Shown here in pieces: positions 63,784 to 64,000 of a stretch of 64,000 nt of DNA. A program made the position numbers and the translations under genes. The stretch's first letter is position 1; each line of letters opens with the position of its first letter. The DNA is from Patescibacteria group bacterium (lineage in GTDB: Bacteria; Patescibacteriota; Minisyncoccia; Moranbacterales; UBA2206). Below the pieces are notes generated by a model that searched no databases, was not told the DNA's origin, and saw only the letters and a program-made list of their open reading frames with translations. Location: assembly GCA_030837625.1 (NCBI GenBank), contig JAUPKF010000004.1, positions 1,075-65,074 on the forward strand, in the 5' to 3' direction.

Positions 63784-64000
63784 TTACGGCGCCACTTCTT
63801 TCCACTGGCAATTGTTTGAACCGGGGCATACGGCATTGCCGCAACTGTCATTATAGTTTTCACCCTGACAATGATTTCCCGCCGACGACAAGTCACATAG
63901 GCAAGTGGACGAATCAGCAACATTGACCGTAAAACTATCCGACAAGCCCAAATATTCAGCGCTAACGGTTTCCTCTCCTTCCGCCACAGCTGTCATTGTT
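63784..64000 (-). CDS. Partial CDS (5' end beyond window): Cys-rich C-terminal fragment
   Basis: The frame is open to the window edge. Cys-rich tail ...CLCDLSSAGNHCQGENYNDSCGNAVCPGSNNCQWKEVAP. Confidence 0.4.
   Translation of the reverse strand, partial: TMTAVAEGEETVSAEYLGLSDSFTVNVADSSTCLCDLSSAGNHCQGENYNDSCGNAVCPGSNNCQWKEVAP

Overview
This is a 64-kb bacterial chromosomal window of roughly 45% GC, densely packed with genes, almost all on the minus strand. Small ribosomal proteins carry Lys-rich extensions, and there are many secreted hydrolases and surface proteins. Together with the gene order this fits a small-genome, monoderm, possibly episymbiotic Patescibacteria/CPR-like bacterium, but the taxonomy is inference only.

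Confidently recognisable content:
- Isoprenoid genes: ispG next to an isopentenyl-phosphate-kinase-like gene.
- Nucleotide-derivative hydrolases: four NUDIX domains, two HD proteins and one HIT protein.
- Housekeeping: speH, proS, an ABC exporter, class A PBP, ftsEX, prfB with its +1 frameshift site, a ZIP transporter, reverse rubrerythrin, a DsbA-like protein, and RicT/PSP1.
- Heat-shock operon: hrcA, a NUDIX-GrpE fusion, and dnaK, with a perfect CIRCE operator.
- A four-subunit 2-oxoacid:ferredoxin oxidoreductase operon, interrupted by a four-helix-bundle protein gene.
- Translation block: tsf, rpsB, rpmE, rpsI, rplM, rplQ, rpoA, rpsD, rpsK, rpsM, rpmJ, infA, followed by ftsA.
- tRNAs: Gln(CTG), Thr(CGT), Trp(CCA), Thr(GGT), Tyr(GTA), Thr(TGT), with rpmG (L33) among them.

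Outside standard annotation, the observations worth a second look are:
1. A surface-protein locus (34.9-41.2 kb) with a 983-aa FN3 giant and a small secreted paralog that share a C-terminal domain.
2. A nested tRNA-like locus in which a complete tRNA-Thr(TGT) sits inside a split tRNA-Thr-like gene that carries a 20-nt palindromic insertion in its D-loop.
3. A two-copy structured 165-bp repeat bracketing the ispG-to-GNAT block.
4. Several families of short palindromic intergenic repeats (ATTCG-type elements and heptamer-array hairpins) concentrated in the ribosomal-protein and por operons.
5. Several structured intergenic elements that may be small RNAs.
6. Small islands next to tRNAs: a Fic/HIT/Cys-rich-protein island beside tRNA-Trp, and a higher-GC cupin-like gene beside tRNA-Gln.
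7. A SET-domain protein and an extremely acidic Cys-rich membrane protein.

No CRISPR array and no rRNA genes were seen.
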